From the IMG/VR virus record IMGVR_UViG_2693429605_000013: a stretch of 42,167 nucleotides of DNA; one strand, written 5' to 3'. The notes beneath the pieces were generated by a model, which worked only from the letters and a program-made list of their open reading frames with translations, ran no database searches and was not told the DNA's origin. Source of the stretch: a virus (lineage: Duplodnaviria; Heunggongvirae; Uroviricota; Caudoviricetes). The position numbers were made by a program, and so were the translations under genes. Shown here piece after piece: positions 16,742 to 24,560 of this stretch. Every line of letters begins with the position of its first letter. Position 1 is the stretch's first letter.

Positions 16742-17654
16742 TTTTATTCGTCCCGTTCAGCATTTCTTCTTTTATCATATCAAAAACAGGGTTTGTTGTA
16801 TAATTATCGTTTGTCAATCCATTGACTTTATCGGCAATTATATCGAAATCGTATGTTTCAAAAAAAACAGGGCAGTTCATAAAATCAATGGTTTTTTCTA
16901 TTCCTGCATGGTTTACTGCAATAACCTGTGCTTTAGCAACTCCACTCATAGAATTATAAATATTTGAAAGATTCTGAGATAGTTGTTGCACTTTTGTTCT
17001 GTCGCTAGAATTAAAATTCATATCTATTGTGGTGGTGTTAACAAATTGTTCAAGCGCAGTCATTGGTCCACCTTTAAAATCTATATAATTAAATTTAAAG
17101 CTTGTGCTTTTAATCTCTTTGAATTGACATAAAACACTCTGAATGTTGTTTTTATTTGTCATAAGGCTGAAAGTCAGTCTTTCTTTGTATTTTTTATTTA
17201 TTGCAGTTACTTCTTTTTGTTTTGGTTTATCACCAAGTTTTTTTATTTCTTCTTTATTTTGATTTCTGATAAATTCATTACTTATTGTTTCTAAATGAGA
17301 AAAGAGAGTGTTCAGACTGCATGAACCGTGGTGATACATATAGAGACCAGAAAGATTAGATTTTTTAATTAAGAAAAAGTTGAAATTAGCAAGTTTGTCA
17401 CTTCCTTGAAGATCTTCAATTTTAAGCTGGAATTTACCATCAACAAATTGCGACTTACAGTTCTTTTTTTGGTTTCTGAATGTGACAACTAATCCATAAT
17501 AGAAATCATTCACATCCGAAATGAGAATTTTACGAGTATAGTCTGTGCGACTGTGTTCTCTGTTTGATGCGTTGATAAAAGCATTCATTACGTCAACGGT
17601 ATTAATATTTTTGTTATTGTTATTTATTGTAAATCCTATGCTTCTAACTTTCAT
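16728..17654 (-). CDS. Hypothetical soluble protein (308 aa), Asn/Lys-rich; first gene of AT-rich two-gene cassette
   Basis: Long uninterrupted ORF with ATG start; no motif I recognise. About 20-30% GC by eye versus about 50-55% in flanking phage genes. Confidence 0.7.
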   Translation of the reverse strand: MKVRSIGFTINNNNKNINTVDVMNAFINASNREHSRTDYTRKILISDVNDFYYGLVVTFRNQKKNCKSQFVDGKFQLKIEDLQGSDKLANFNFFLIKKSNLSGLYMYHHGSCSLNTLFSHLETISNEFIRNQNKEEIKKLGDKPKQKEVTAINKKYKERLTFSLMTNKNNIQSVLCQFKEIKSTSFKFNYIDFKGGPMTALEQFVNTTTIDMNFNSSDRTKVQQLSQNLSNIYNSMSGVAKAQVIAVNHAGIEKTIDFMNCPVFFETYDFDIIADKVNGLTNDNYTTNPVFDMIKEEMLNGTNKNAFI

Positions 17655-17772
17655 GTGTATTCTAGGACCGACTAAAGATAGCGAGAATGGGGACGCATAG
17701 TTTATAAAAATCCTAACGCGTACGCAAAAAGTATTATATCGTGTTAAGAGTGGTTACTTCGCCACACAACTT

Positions 17773-17798
17773 AAACCCGCCGCTGAGCGGGTTTTTCT
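17773..17798 (+). terminator. Rho-independent terminator-like hairpin (candidate tR'-type)
   Basis: ACCCGC…GCGGGT stem followed by TTTTT. Confidence 0.45.
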
Positions 17799-17979
17799 GT
17801 ACCCGGAATTCTGTGGCTATCCAGAAAGCTCATGGAAAGAGGAGAAAGGCAATAATTTATAACAAAATCTTAAAGATCGCCTTGTATACTATTAGTTTTG
17901 TAAATATTGTGTATTTTGAGTATTGCAGGATAACCCTGTGACGAAGTTAGTGTAACAACACTTTTGCTCTACGAGTTTC

Positions 17980-18009
17980 GCCAGCCTCCCCCAGTGGCTG
18001 GCTTTTTTA
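17980..18009 (+). terminator. Rho-independent terminator
   Basis: GCCAGCC…GGCTGGC 7-bp stem followed by TTTTTT. Confidence 0.55.
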
Positions 18010-18010
18010 T

Positions 18011-18130
18011 GTCCGTAGCGTCAAAGCAGCAATGGCGCTGGGGCGTCGTGCAATTGGCGTTGAGCTGGAGAGCGGGCGTTTTGAGCAGACGGTCAGGGAA
18101 GTTCAGAATGTAGTCAGTCAGAACGGATGA
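18011..18130 (+). pseudogene. 3' remnant of a DNA methyltransferase gene (C-terminal ~35 codons only)
   Basis: Frame reads …VKAAMALGRRAIGVELESGRFEQTVREVQNVVSQNG*, resembling the C-terminus of N4/N6 DNA methylases; no upstream body is present. Confidence 0.4.
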
Positions 18131-18170
18131 TATTGCAGAATTAGTTACGTACCGTTATTATCCTGCGCCC

Positions 18171-18246
18171 GGCCCTTTAGCTCAGTGGTGAGAGCGAGCG
18201 ACTCATAATCGCCAGGTCGCTGGTTCAAATCCAGCAAGGGCCACCA
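18171..18246 (+). tRNA. ileZ: tRNA with CAT anticodon, most similar to tRNA-Ile2 (lysidine type; ileZ-like)
   Basis: Cloverleaf read by hand: acceptor GGCCCTT/AAGGGCC, anticodon loop CTCATAA, T-loop GGTTCAAATCC, 3' CCA. Near-identical to E. coli tRNA-Ile2 as recalled. Confidence 0.85.
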
Positions 18247-18253
18247 TCACATA

Positions 18254-18330
18254 CCGCCATTAGCTCATCGGGATAGAGCGTCAGCCTTCGAAGCTGGCTG
18301 TGCGGGGTTCAAGTCCCCGATGGCGGTCCA
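18254..18330 (+). tRNA. argN: tRNA-Arg (anticodon TCG by manual fold), C1-G72 acceptor end
   Basis: Acceptor CCGCCAT/ATGGCGG, D-arm GCTC…GAGC, anticodon stem TCAGC/GCTGG with loop CTTCGAA, T-loop GGTTCAAGTCC, 3' CCA. Anticodon assignment depends on the hand fold. Confidence 0.75.
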
Positions 18331-18343
18331 TTATCAGCATCAT

Positions 18344-18420
18344 GCGTTGTTAGCTCAGTCGGACAGAGCAATTGCCTTCTAAGCAATCGGTCACTGGTTC
18401 GAATCCAGTACAACGCGCCA
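18344..18420 (+). tRNA. argO: tRNA-Arg (anticodon TCT)
   Basis: Acceptor GCGTTGT/ACAACGC, anticodon loop CTTCTAA, T-loop GGTTCGAATCC, 3' CCA. Confidence 0.85.
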
Positions 18421-18433
18421 TATTTATTTACTT

Positions 18434-18459
18434 GGCTCGCTTTTGCGGGCCTTTTTTTG
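18434..18459 (+). terminator. Rho-independent terminator after the tRNA cluster
   Basis: GGCTCGC-TTTT-GCGGGCC hairpin followed by T7. Confidence 0.6.
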
Positions 18460-18510
18460 TATCTGCGTTACACCATTAACTAATAAATCGAGTGCTTATC
18501 AGGAGGCTAT

Positions 18511-18735
18511 GTGAAAAAACTGATGGTGACGATTGGTCCGTTCGAAACAGAAGTTAGTTTTCGTGTTGTTCAGGGGGAGAGTGTACTTGTTGAAGATGTA
18601 TTTCATGGAAAATCAACAGGTCCTTATGTAAAAGAATATCTTATCGACGCCACGGATGAAAATATTGAGGTGGTGTACGATTCCGTCAATCACCCTGATT
18701 TGATCATTAAGGCAAAATTGAAGCCACTTTATTGA
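18511..18735 (+). CDS. Hypothetical small protein (74 aa)
   Basis: GTG start 4 nt after a perfect AGGAGG SD; first ORF downstream of the tRNA trio. Confidence 0.5.
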   Translation: MKKLMVTIGPFETEVSFRVVQGESVLVEDVFHGKSTGPYVKEYLIDATDENIEVVYDSVNHPDLIIKAKLKPLY

Positions 18736-18787
18736 TCTGACCGGGAGCAATCATAAAATATCTCTGGGTACCCACAAGGAGATAAAT

Positions 18788-18997
18788 ATGTTTGTTTCTG
18801 AAGTGTTAATGGAAGATAAGGACAACAAAGGATGGGTTAAAGGTTGGGCTGTGGTAAGAAGCTCGCCCTGGCATCTTGTTGGGGTTTTTGCGACAGAGGA
18901 AGACGCAGAAACGGAAGCAAGAAAGATGGGAGATAAGTACGAGGTTCACTATGGCTCGCATCGAACAGGAAGTGATGATTTTGTCTGGGGGGAGTAA
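18788..18997 (+). CDS. Hypothetical small acidic protein (69 aa)
   Basis: ATG with AAGGAGA SD; followed by a terminator. Confidence 0.55.
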   Translation: MFVSEVLMEDKDNKGWVKGWAVVRSSPWHLVGVFATEEDAETEARKMGDKYEVHYGSHRTGSDDFVWGE

Positions 18998-19031
18998 CAG
19001 TCGTTTAACCCCAGAATAATCCCGTAACTGA

Positions 19032-19055
19032 GGTCGCTATTGGCGGCCTTTTTTG
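19032..19055 (+). terminator. Rho-independent terminator
   Basis: GGTCGC-TATTG-GCGGCC hairpin followed by TTTTTT. Confidence 0.55.
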
Positions 19056-19186
19056 TATCCGCGCCACGCCCGGCGCATATCAACCACAGAGCCTTTCGGG
19101 GGTGAGCTTACGGAGTGGTCAGTGTGACTTTCTCTGTGGGCAGATCGCTCCCGGGCGTTGGCTCACCCACCCAAAGGAACGTCACG

Positions 19187-19618
19187 ATGTTTGGTATTTT
19201 TGGTAAAAAAGCCCGCCGAGCGGCAGTGGAAATTAAAAAGTTTGAGAAACGTGATCTGGCACAGGCGGTTATTAATGCTGCCTATCTGGTGGCCTATGCA
19301 GATGGTGAATGTGAGGCTTCAGAGAAAGCGAAGATCGAGCAGATCTTGCGTAACCAGCCTGCGTTGTCCGCGTTTACGTCAGAAATTAATGCGATTAGCG
19401 CAACCATTATCGGTCAGCTGGATACCAATTTTAAAATTGGTCGTCGTGCCGCGTTACGCGAGATTGAGGATGTGAAACACGATACGCGTGAAGCGGAAGA
19501 TGTGCTGGATGTGGCGGTGGCCATTGCGGAGGCAGACGGCGAAATTGAGCCGGAAGAGCGCAAGGTGCTGGAAGAGATTGCCGGTGTTCTGGGTCTTCGT
19601 CTGGAGAATCACCTGTGA
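19187..19618 (+). CDS. TerB-like (tellurite-resistance TerB family) protein
   Basis: Two acidic helical segments typical of TerB (…AAYLVAYADGECEASEKAKI… and …VAVAIAEADGEIEPEERKVLEEIAGVLGL…). ATG at 19187 with AAAGGA SD preferred over the track's start at 19115. Confidence 0.6.
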   Translation: MFGIFGKKARRAAVEIKKFEKRDLAQAVINAAYLVAYADGECEASEKAKIEQILRNQPALSAFTSEINAISATIIGQLDTNFKIGRRAALREIEDVKHDTREAEDVLDVAVAIAEADGEIEPEERKVLEEIAGVLGLRLENHL

Positions 19619-19782
19619 CGGTAAAACTGCGCCTGGCTGTGGCTGCACTCCTGCTGTTTCTGGTGGTGATGGTGGATTTCACCACCAGAATCATGTCGGT
19701 GCTGGCGGATGGGGTGCTGGTCTGCGGCATTGTGGTATTGCTGTGGCCGGTGATAAAAAGAAACAGCCTGCATAATGCTTGA
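19615..19782 (+). CDS. Small membrane protein (55 aa, two hydrophobic segments)
   Basis: GTG start overlapping the TerB stop (GTGA). Translation MTVKLRLAVAALLLFLVVMVDFTTRIMSVLADGVLVCGIVVLLWPVIKRNSLHNA. Below the track's size cutoff. Confidence 0.4.
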   Translation: MTVKLRLAVAALLLFLVVMVDFTTRIMSVLADGVLVCGIVVLLWPVIKRNSLHNA

Positions 19783-19961
19783 TTTTTTTATTTGCTGTTT
19801 ATTAAAAACACTTCTGCATGGTGAATCCCCCTGTGCGGAGGGGCGACTGGTGTAGGTAGCATTTATTATGTTATAGGCAAGCCGACGCGGGTTCAGTGAC
19901 ACCGGCTGAATTCACCGGGAGGCACCCGGCACCATGCAAGAAAAAGAATGTGCATGCAAAC

Positions 19962-19991
19962 ATGCCCCTCTCCGGAGGGGCATTTTTTATG
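19962..19991 (+). terminator. Rho-independent terminator (ATGCCCCTC-TCCG-GAGGGGCAT plus T6)
   Basis: Perfect 9-bp stem followed by TTTTTTAT. Immediately followed by a second hairpin (GCCCGAA-TGGGT-TTCGGGC, 19998-20020) preceded by an A-run, which would terminate minus-strand transcripts. Confidence 0.65.
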
Positions 19992-20115
19992 GGTAAAAAA
20001 TGCCCGAATGGGTTCGGGCAATAGCATGAGATACTGATATTGTTGTGTTGTTATCGTGTGGATTTTAACCAGGGTTTATCAGGCTGCGCAACTGCGTGGC
20101 CTTTTTTCATTTCTT

Positions 20116-20160
20116 GGGCTGTAGTCCCCGTGTGTCATTCAGGCTTCCGGACTACAGCCC
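20116..20160 (+). promoter_or_regulatory. 12-bp perfect inverted repeat GGGCTGTAGTCC…GGACTACAGCCC with 21-nt loop, 43 nt upstream of the esterase start
   Basis: Read directly from the sequence; lies in the 5' leader of the 617-aa esterase gene. Confidence 0.4.
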
Positions 20161-20203
20161 ACTCCATATCTGATTTAATACACTATCCCGGCCGGGAGGA
20201 ATA

Positions 20204-22057
20204 ATGACATTTAAACATTATGATGTTGTCAGGGCGGCGTCGCCGTCAGACCTTGCGGAAAAGCTGACACACAAACTGAAAGAGGGCTGGCAGCCGTTTG
20301 GTAGTCCGGTGGCCATAACCCCTTATACCCTGATGCAGGCGATTACAGCAGAAGGTGATGTGGTGGTCAGTGGTGCAACTGAGCCGGATTGGTACTACGT
20401 CATCGTACTGGCCGGGCAGTCCAATGCCATGGCTTACGGTGAAGGGCTTCCGCTGCCGGATTCATACGATGCTCCGGATCCGCGCATTAAACAGCTGGCG
20501 CGCCGCAGTACAGTTACGCCGGGTGGGGCTGCCTGCAGATATAACGATATTATTCCGGCCGACCACTGCCTGCATGATGTGCAGGATATGAGTACGCTGA
20601 ATCATCCGAAGGCAGACCTGAGCAAAGGGCAGTACGGCTGTGTCGGCCAGGGCTTACATATTGCCAAAAAACTGCTCCCGTATATCCCGAATAACGCGGG
20701 GATCCTGCTGGTACCATGCTGTCGTGGTGGTTCTGCATTCACCCAGGGCGCTGAGGGGACATTCAGTGCGGACACGGGGGCCAGCCAGGATTCGGCACGC
20801 TGGGGTGTGGGTAAACCGTTATATCAGGACCTGATTGCGCGCACTAAAGCTGCATTACAGAAGAACCCGAAAAATGTGTTGCTGGCGGTGTGCTGGATGC
20901 AGGGAGAGTTTGACATGAGCGCCGCCACCCACGCACAGCAACCTGCGCTGTTTACAGCCATGCTGACACAGTTTCGTGCTGACCTCTCCGTGTTTAACGC
21001 GCAGTGCCATGGTGGCAGTGCTGCAGATGTGCCGTGGATTTGTGGTGACACGACGTATTACTGGAAAAATACATACGCTACCCAGTACGACACCGTGTAC
21101 GGCGGGTATAAAAACAGGGAGAGTGAGGGCGTTTATTTTGTGCCCTTCATGACAGACGGTAACGGCGTCAATACCGCCACTAACGCGCCGGCAGAAGATC
21201 CGGATATTCCGGCATCAGGATATTACGGTGCGGCATCGAGAACGAATGGAAACCAGGTATCATCAAACCGCCCGACACATTTCAGTTCATGGGCGCGCAG
21301 GAGCATTATTCCGGATCGTCTGGCAACCGCTATTCTGAACGCAGCCGGGCGCACCTCAGCCTTCATCAGTGGTAAGGCACCGGAAATCAAACCCTCGCCC
21401 GGCGGCAACACGCCATCGGGTCCGTTTGCAGATACGTCCGTTCGCACAATCTCCCTGCTGCCGGCAGCCGGAGAGGCTGCTGCGCAGGGCTGGAGCATTA
21501 AGGATGGCGGAATTCAGTTGTCAGATGGTGTATTTAAGATCACCAAGCAGAGCAATAAAACCTGGTCCCTGACGCATCCGGTGGATGACGCAATTACCCT
21601 GCTGACACAGGGCGGCAGACTGACCTGTAAGTTCCGCCTGTCAGGCGCACTGACCAACAATCAGTTCGGGCTGGGGATTTATCTGTATACGGATGCTCCC
21701 GTTCCTGATGGTGTGGCGATGACGGGTACCGGTAATCCGTTCCTGATGTCGTACTTCACTCAGACCACTGACGGCAGAGTGAATCTGATGCATCACAGGA
21801 AAGCCGGAAACACGAAGCTGGGGGAGTTCGGCGATTACGGTAACGACTGGCAGACGCTGGAGCTGGTGTTCACCGCCGGCAGTGCCACGGTTACTCCGAA
21901 ACTGAATGGAGTGGCTGGCCCGGCATTCCAGGTTATAAAAGACAGTCTGACACTGGGACTGAATGCGCTGACGCTGACGGATGTTACAAAAAATGCAGCG
22001 TATGGCGTTGAGATAGAAAGTCTGGTGCTGGAGATAAATGCACCGGCATCATCATAA
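20204..22057 (+). CDS. Prophage-encoded sialate O-acetylesterase, NanS-p type (DUF1737 N-terminal domain + SASA/SGNH esterase domain)
   Basis: [14 protein letters not shown] matches the GQSN catalytic block of SASA-family esterases; N-terminal MTFKHYDVV…EGWQPFGSP resembles DUF1737. Sits between the tRNAs and the holin, as in Stx phages. ATG with GGGAGGA SD. Confidence 0.8.
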   Translation: MTFKHYDVVRAASPSDLAEKLTHKLKEGWQPFGSPVAITPYTLMQAITAEGDVVVSGATEPDWYYVIVLAGQSNAMAYGEGLPLPDSYDAPDPRIKQLARRSTVTPGGAACRYNDIIPADHCLHDVQDMSTLNHPKADLSKGQYGCVGQGLHIAKKLLPYIPNNAGILLVPCCRGGSAFTQGAEGTFSADTGASQDSARWGVGKPLYQDLIARTKAALQKNPKNVLLAVCWMQGEFDMSAATHAQQPALFTAMLTQFRADLSVFNAQCHGGSAADVPWICGDTTYYWKNTYATQYDTVYGGYKNRESEGVYFVPFMTDGNGVNTATNAPAEDPDIPASGYYGAASRTNGNQVSSNRPTHFSSWARRSIIPDRLATAILNAAGRTSAFISGKAPEIKPSPGGNTPSGPFADTSVRTISLLPAAGEAAAQGWSIKDGGIQLSDGVFKITKQSNKTWSLTHPVDDAITLLTQGGRLTCKFRLSGALTNNQFGLGIYLYTDAPVPDGVAMTGTGNPFLMSYFTQTTDGRVNLMHHRKAGNTKLGEFGDYGNDWQTLELVFTAGSATVTPKLNGVAGPAFQVIKDSLTLGLNALTLTDVTKNAAYGVEIESLVLEINAPASS

Positions 22058-22206
22058 AAAGTGAGCCAGTCAAATGGAAGGTATCGTTAAACTCACCGGT
22101 AGTGTCAGTGGATCGTCTGAGACGCTTGCATGAGTTATCAGAGCCATCAGTAGTTAACTGGTGGCTTTTTTATTGTTGTCAGCTTCCGGATAACGGGAGA
22201 CGGGGT

Positions 22207-22422
22207 ATGTACCAGATGGAAAAAATCACAACGGGTGTGTCATACACCACGTCAGCGGTGGGGACGGGCTACTGGTTCCTGCAGCTGCTGGACAAAGTCT
22301 CTCCGTCCCAGTGGGTGGCAATAGGTGTGCTGGGGAGTCTGCTGTTTGGCCTGCTGACGTATCTGACAAACCTTTATTTCAAGATTAAAGAAGATAAGCG
22401 TAAGGCGGCGCGGGGAGAGTAA
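22207..22422 (+). CDS. S: Holin S (Stx-phage/lambdoid type) with dual-start motif
   Basis: 71-aa product [13 protein letters not shown]… with two TM segments and a charged C-terminus; two in-frame ATGs three codons apart (holin/antiholin arrangement). The track ORF begins further upstream at 22102. Confidence 0.8.
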   Translation: MYQMEKITTGVSYTTSAVGTGYWFLQLLDKVSPSQWVAIGVLGSLLFGLLTYLTNLYFKIKEDKRKAARGE

Positions 22423-22426
22423 AGCG

Positions 22427-22771
22427 ATGAAGAAAAAATACGAACTGGTTGTTAAAGGGATAAATAATTACCCGGATAAGATTACTGTTACTGTGGCACT
22501 GGAAATTGGTGGGTATCCGTCACTGTTGTTGCCAGATGTGGCGATTAGTCTTGACCGTACTGAAGGTGCCACGCTGGAGTTTTACGAAGCTGAGGCGAAA
22601 AAGCAGGCGAAGCAGTTTTTCATGGATGTTGCTGCCGGGTTATGTGAAGGGGATGGTCCGTTGCCGGAAAAGCGGCCCATCATTTTAGAGGCGCAGGATG
22701 TGTTGATAACCTACAGAGGAAACCTACCGGGAATAATTACTGGTTCTCTGAAGACTCCACCGCTGGCCTGA
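22427..22771 (+). CDS. Hypothetical protein (114 aa) between holin and endolysin
   Basis: ATG with GGAGAG SD. Confidence 0.5.
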   Translation: MKKKYELVVKGINNYPDKITVTVALEIGGYPSLLLPDVAISLDRTEGATLEFYEAEAKKQAKQFFMDVAAGLCEGDGPLPEKRPIILEAQDVLITYRGNLPGIITGSLKTPPLA

Positions 22772-22821
22772 AGACTTAATATATCCAGGGATTTGAAATC
22801 GATAAACCCTGATAAATATCC

Positions 22822-23355
22822 ATGAACGCAAAAATCAGATACGGCCTGTCGGCTGCCGTTCTGGCGCTGATTGGTGCAGGGGCGTCTGCGCCTGAAATCC
22901 TCGACCAGTTTCTTGACGAAAAAGAAGGTAACCACACCACGGCATACCGTGATGGTGCGGGTATCTGGACCATCTGCCGCGGTGCCATCCTGGTGGATGG
23001 TAAACCTGTCGTTCCGGGCATGAAGTTGTCGAAGGAAAAATGCGACCGGGTTAACGCCATTGAGCGTGATAAGGCGCTGGCATGGGTGGCGAAAAACATC
23101 AAAGTGCCACTGACTGAACCCCAGAAAGCGGGTATTGCGTCATTCTGTCCTTACAACATTGGCCCAGGTAAGTGTTTCCCGTCGACGTTTTATAAACGAA
23201 TTAATGCAGGAGATCGAAAAGGTGCCTGCGAAGCGATTCGCTGGTGGATTAAGGACGGTGGCAGAGACTGCCGTATTCGCTCAAATAACTGTTATGGTCA
23301 GGTATCCCGTCGTGACCAGGAGAGCGCTCTGGCGTGCTGGGGAATCGACAGATAA
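22822..23355 (+). CDS. R: Endolysin, GH24 (T4-type) lysozyme with N-terminal signal-anchor-release-like segment
   Basis: Catalytic E…D…T spacing (…EGNHTTAYRDGAGIWTIC…) of T4-lysozyme-family enzymes; hydrophobic, Gly/Ala-rich N-terminus. Confidence 0.85.
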   Translation: MNAKIRYGLSAAVLALIGAGASAPEILDQFLDEKEGNHTTAYRDGAGIWTICRGAILVDGKPVVPGMKLSKEKCDRVNAIERDKALAWVAKNIKVPLTEPQKAGIASFCPYNIGPGKCFPSTFYKRINAGDRKGACEAIRWWIKDGGRDCRIRSNNCYGQVSRRDQESALACWGIDR

Positions 23356-23464
23356 GCAGAATATTTTGCTGAAAAATGACGTTGGCCAGCGCGGGCGGAT
23401 AACACGAAATCCTGCGAACTGGCAAAATGTAAGTGAATAAAGTTAGGCAGATTATTTCACGCAG

Positions 23465-23492
23465 AGGCACCGTAATGGTGCCTTTGTCATTT
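23465..23492 (+). terminator. Terminator-like hairpin after the endolysin gene
   Basis: AGGCACC-GTAAT-GGTGCCT stem followed by a T-rich stretch. Confidence 0.45.
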
Positions 23493-23628
23493 CTGCGCTT
23501 CGCACAAGCGTAAATAAACCAAAGAACCTTTCAGGATGAGCCCTGGTGGATAACCGGCAGTGGTCTGGTTAACCCTCTTTGGGCTGGTTATTCCTGTGCG
23601 CAGGGTTCATCACTAAAAGGAATCAACC

Positions 23629-24323
23629 ATGAAAGAGATGATTTCTGTCGATCATGAAATATCCATGAGTAGTCTGGATTTTCTGAATAACATTATTAAT
23701 CCAGCCCGGGCAGAAGCCGGAGAAGTCCCTCATGAACCGCGTAAGTTTCTTGCAAAAATTGAGGATGAGCTAGAGCTTGATGGAACCGGAAAAAAATTCC
23801 GGTTAAACAATAACCAAACAAGAACGGCATACTATGATCTGGATTTTGACCAGATGATGCTCGTTGGCATGAGGGAGTCAAAGGCCGTTCGTCGTTCTGT
23901 GCTGGCAAGACTCAAAGCGATGCATGGTATTCAGATCCCCCGGACTTTACCTGAGGCGTTGCGATTTGCGGCAAAACTGGCTGAACAGAAAGCAGTGCTG
24001 GAAAATCAACTGGCAATAGCAGCGCCGAAGGCTGAATTTGTTGATAACTATGTTGAAGCATCTGGTCTGATGGGATTCCGGGAAGTTGCTAAGTTACTCG
24101 GTATCAAAGAAACCGATTTCCGGCTGTTTTTGTTGGAGAACGGAATAATGTATCGCCTCGCTGGAAAATGACGCCTTACTCGCATCACCTGGATGCGGGG
24201 CGGTTTAGCGTGAAAACGGGCGAGGCGGGCAATGGTCATGCTTTTACGCAGGTTACATTCACCCCAAAAGGTGTTCAGTGGATTGCTGGTCTGCTTGCTG
24301 CATGGAGAGCTACCGCAGCATGA
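23629..24323 (+). pseudogene. Antirepressor-like protein with KilAC domain, interrupted by a -1 frameshift at an A4 run (24165-24168)
   Basis: The ORF ends at 24171 mid-domain (…NGIMYRLAGK*); the -1 frame continues as …MTPYSHHLDAGRFSVKTGEAGNGHAFTQVTFTPKGVQWIAGLLAAWRATAA* to 24323, which looks like the rest of a KilAC domain. One extra A would restore a single ~229-aa ORF. Confidence 0.55.
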
Positions 24324-24415
24324 AGATGATAAAAACGGACTGGAAATTTTTGCTGGTCTGGCTGATTCCGTTTTTATGGGTGGTTGCCCGGTTAATTACT
24401 GCTATTAAGGGGTAA
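24320..24415 (+). CDS. Possible small hydrophobic peptide (31 aa)
   Basis: ATG overlaps the preceding stop (ATGA). Translation MKMIKTDWKFLLVWLIPFLWVVARLITAIKG. Weak evidence. Confidence 0.25.
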   Translation: MKMIKTDWKFLLVWLIPFLWVVARLITAIKG

Positions 24416-24417
24416 AG

Positions 24418-24549
24418 ATGTCAGACAAACTCATAATGCTGGCGAAGGGCCTTTGTGTAATCGTCGGTATTTCATTTTCACTAATGCTGGTTGTTCTTTT
24501 TCTTTCCATAACCTGGATGGCGTTGACTTCGGCAGGGCTGGTGGGGTGA
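24418..24549 (+). CDS. Possible small membrane peptide (43 aa)
   Basis: ATG with GGGG…AAAG upstream. Translation MSDKLIMLAKGLCVIVGISFSLMLVVLFLSITWMALTSAGLVG. Directly upstream of Rz. Confidence 0.3.
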   Translation: MSDKLIMLAKGLCVIVGISFSLMLVVLFLSITWMALTSAGLVG

Positions 24550-24560
24550 GCATAAACCGA

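Noticed and set aside
17741-17941. Plus-strand 66-aa ORF in the region after the AT-rich cassette
   Set aside because: It spans a terminator hairpin and the presumed late promoter region; no SD.
19431-19902. ORFs overlapping the TerB-like gene and downstream region (19431-19730, 19454-19648, 19488-19775, 19609-19902)
   Set aside because: Alternative or antisense frames; the in-frame small membrane ORF 19615-19782 with a coupled GTG start is a better explanation of that interval.
20355-21572. Multiple short ORFs on both strands inside the NanS-p esterase gene
   Set aside because: Embedded in a long, motif-supported ORF; GC-rich chance frames.
23135-23470. Plus-strand 101-aa ORF overlapping the 3' end of the endolysin gene as a possible spanin
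   Set aside because: Genuine Rz/Rz1 candidates with TM and lipobox features are found further downstream; this frame has neither feature.
24453-24560. Upstream extension of Rz to the track start at 24453
   Set aside because: That start codon is TTG and the extension overlaps the small hydrophobic ORF; the ATG at 24561 gives a typical ~150-aa i-spanin with N-terminal TM.
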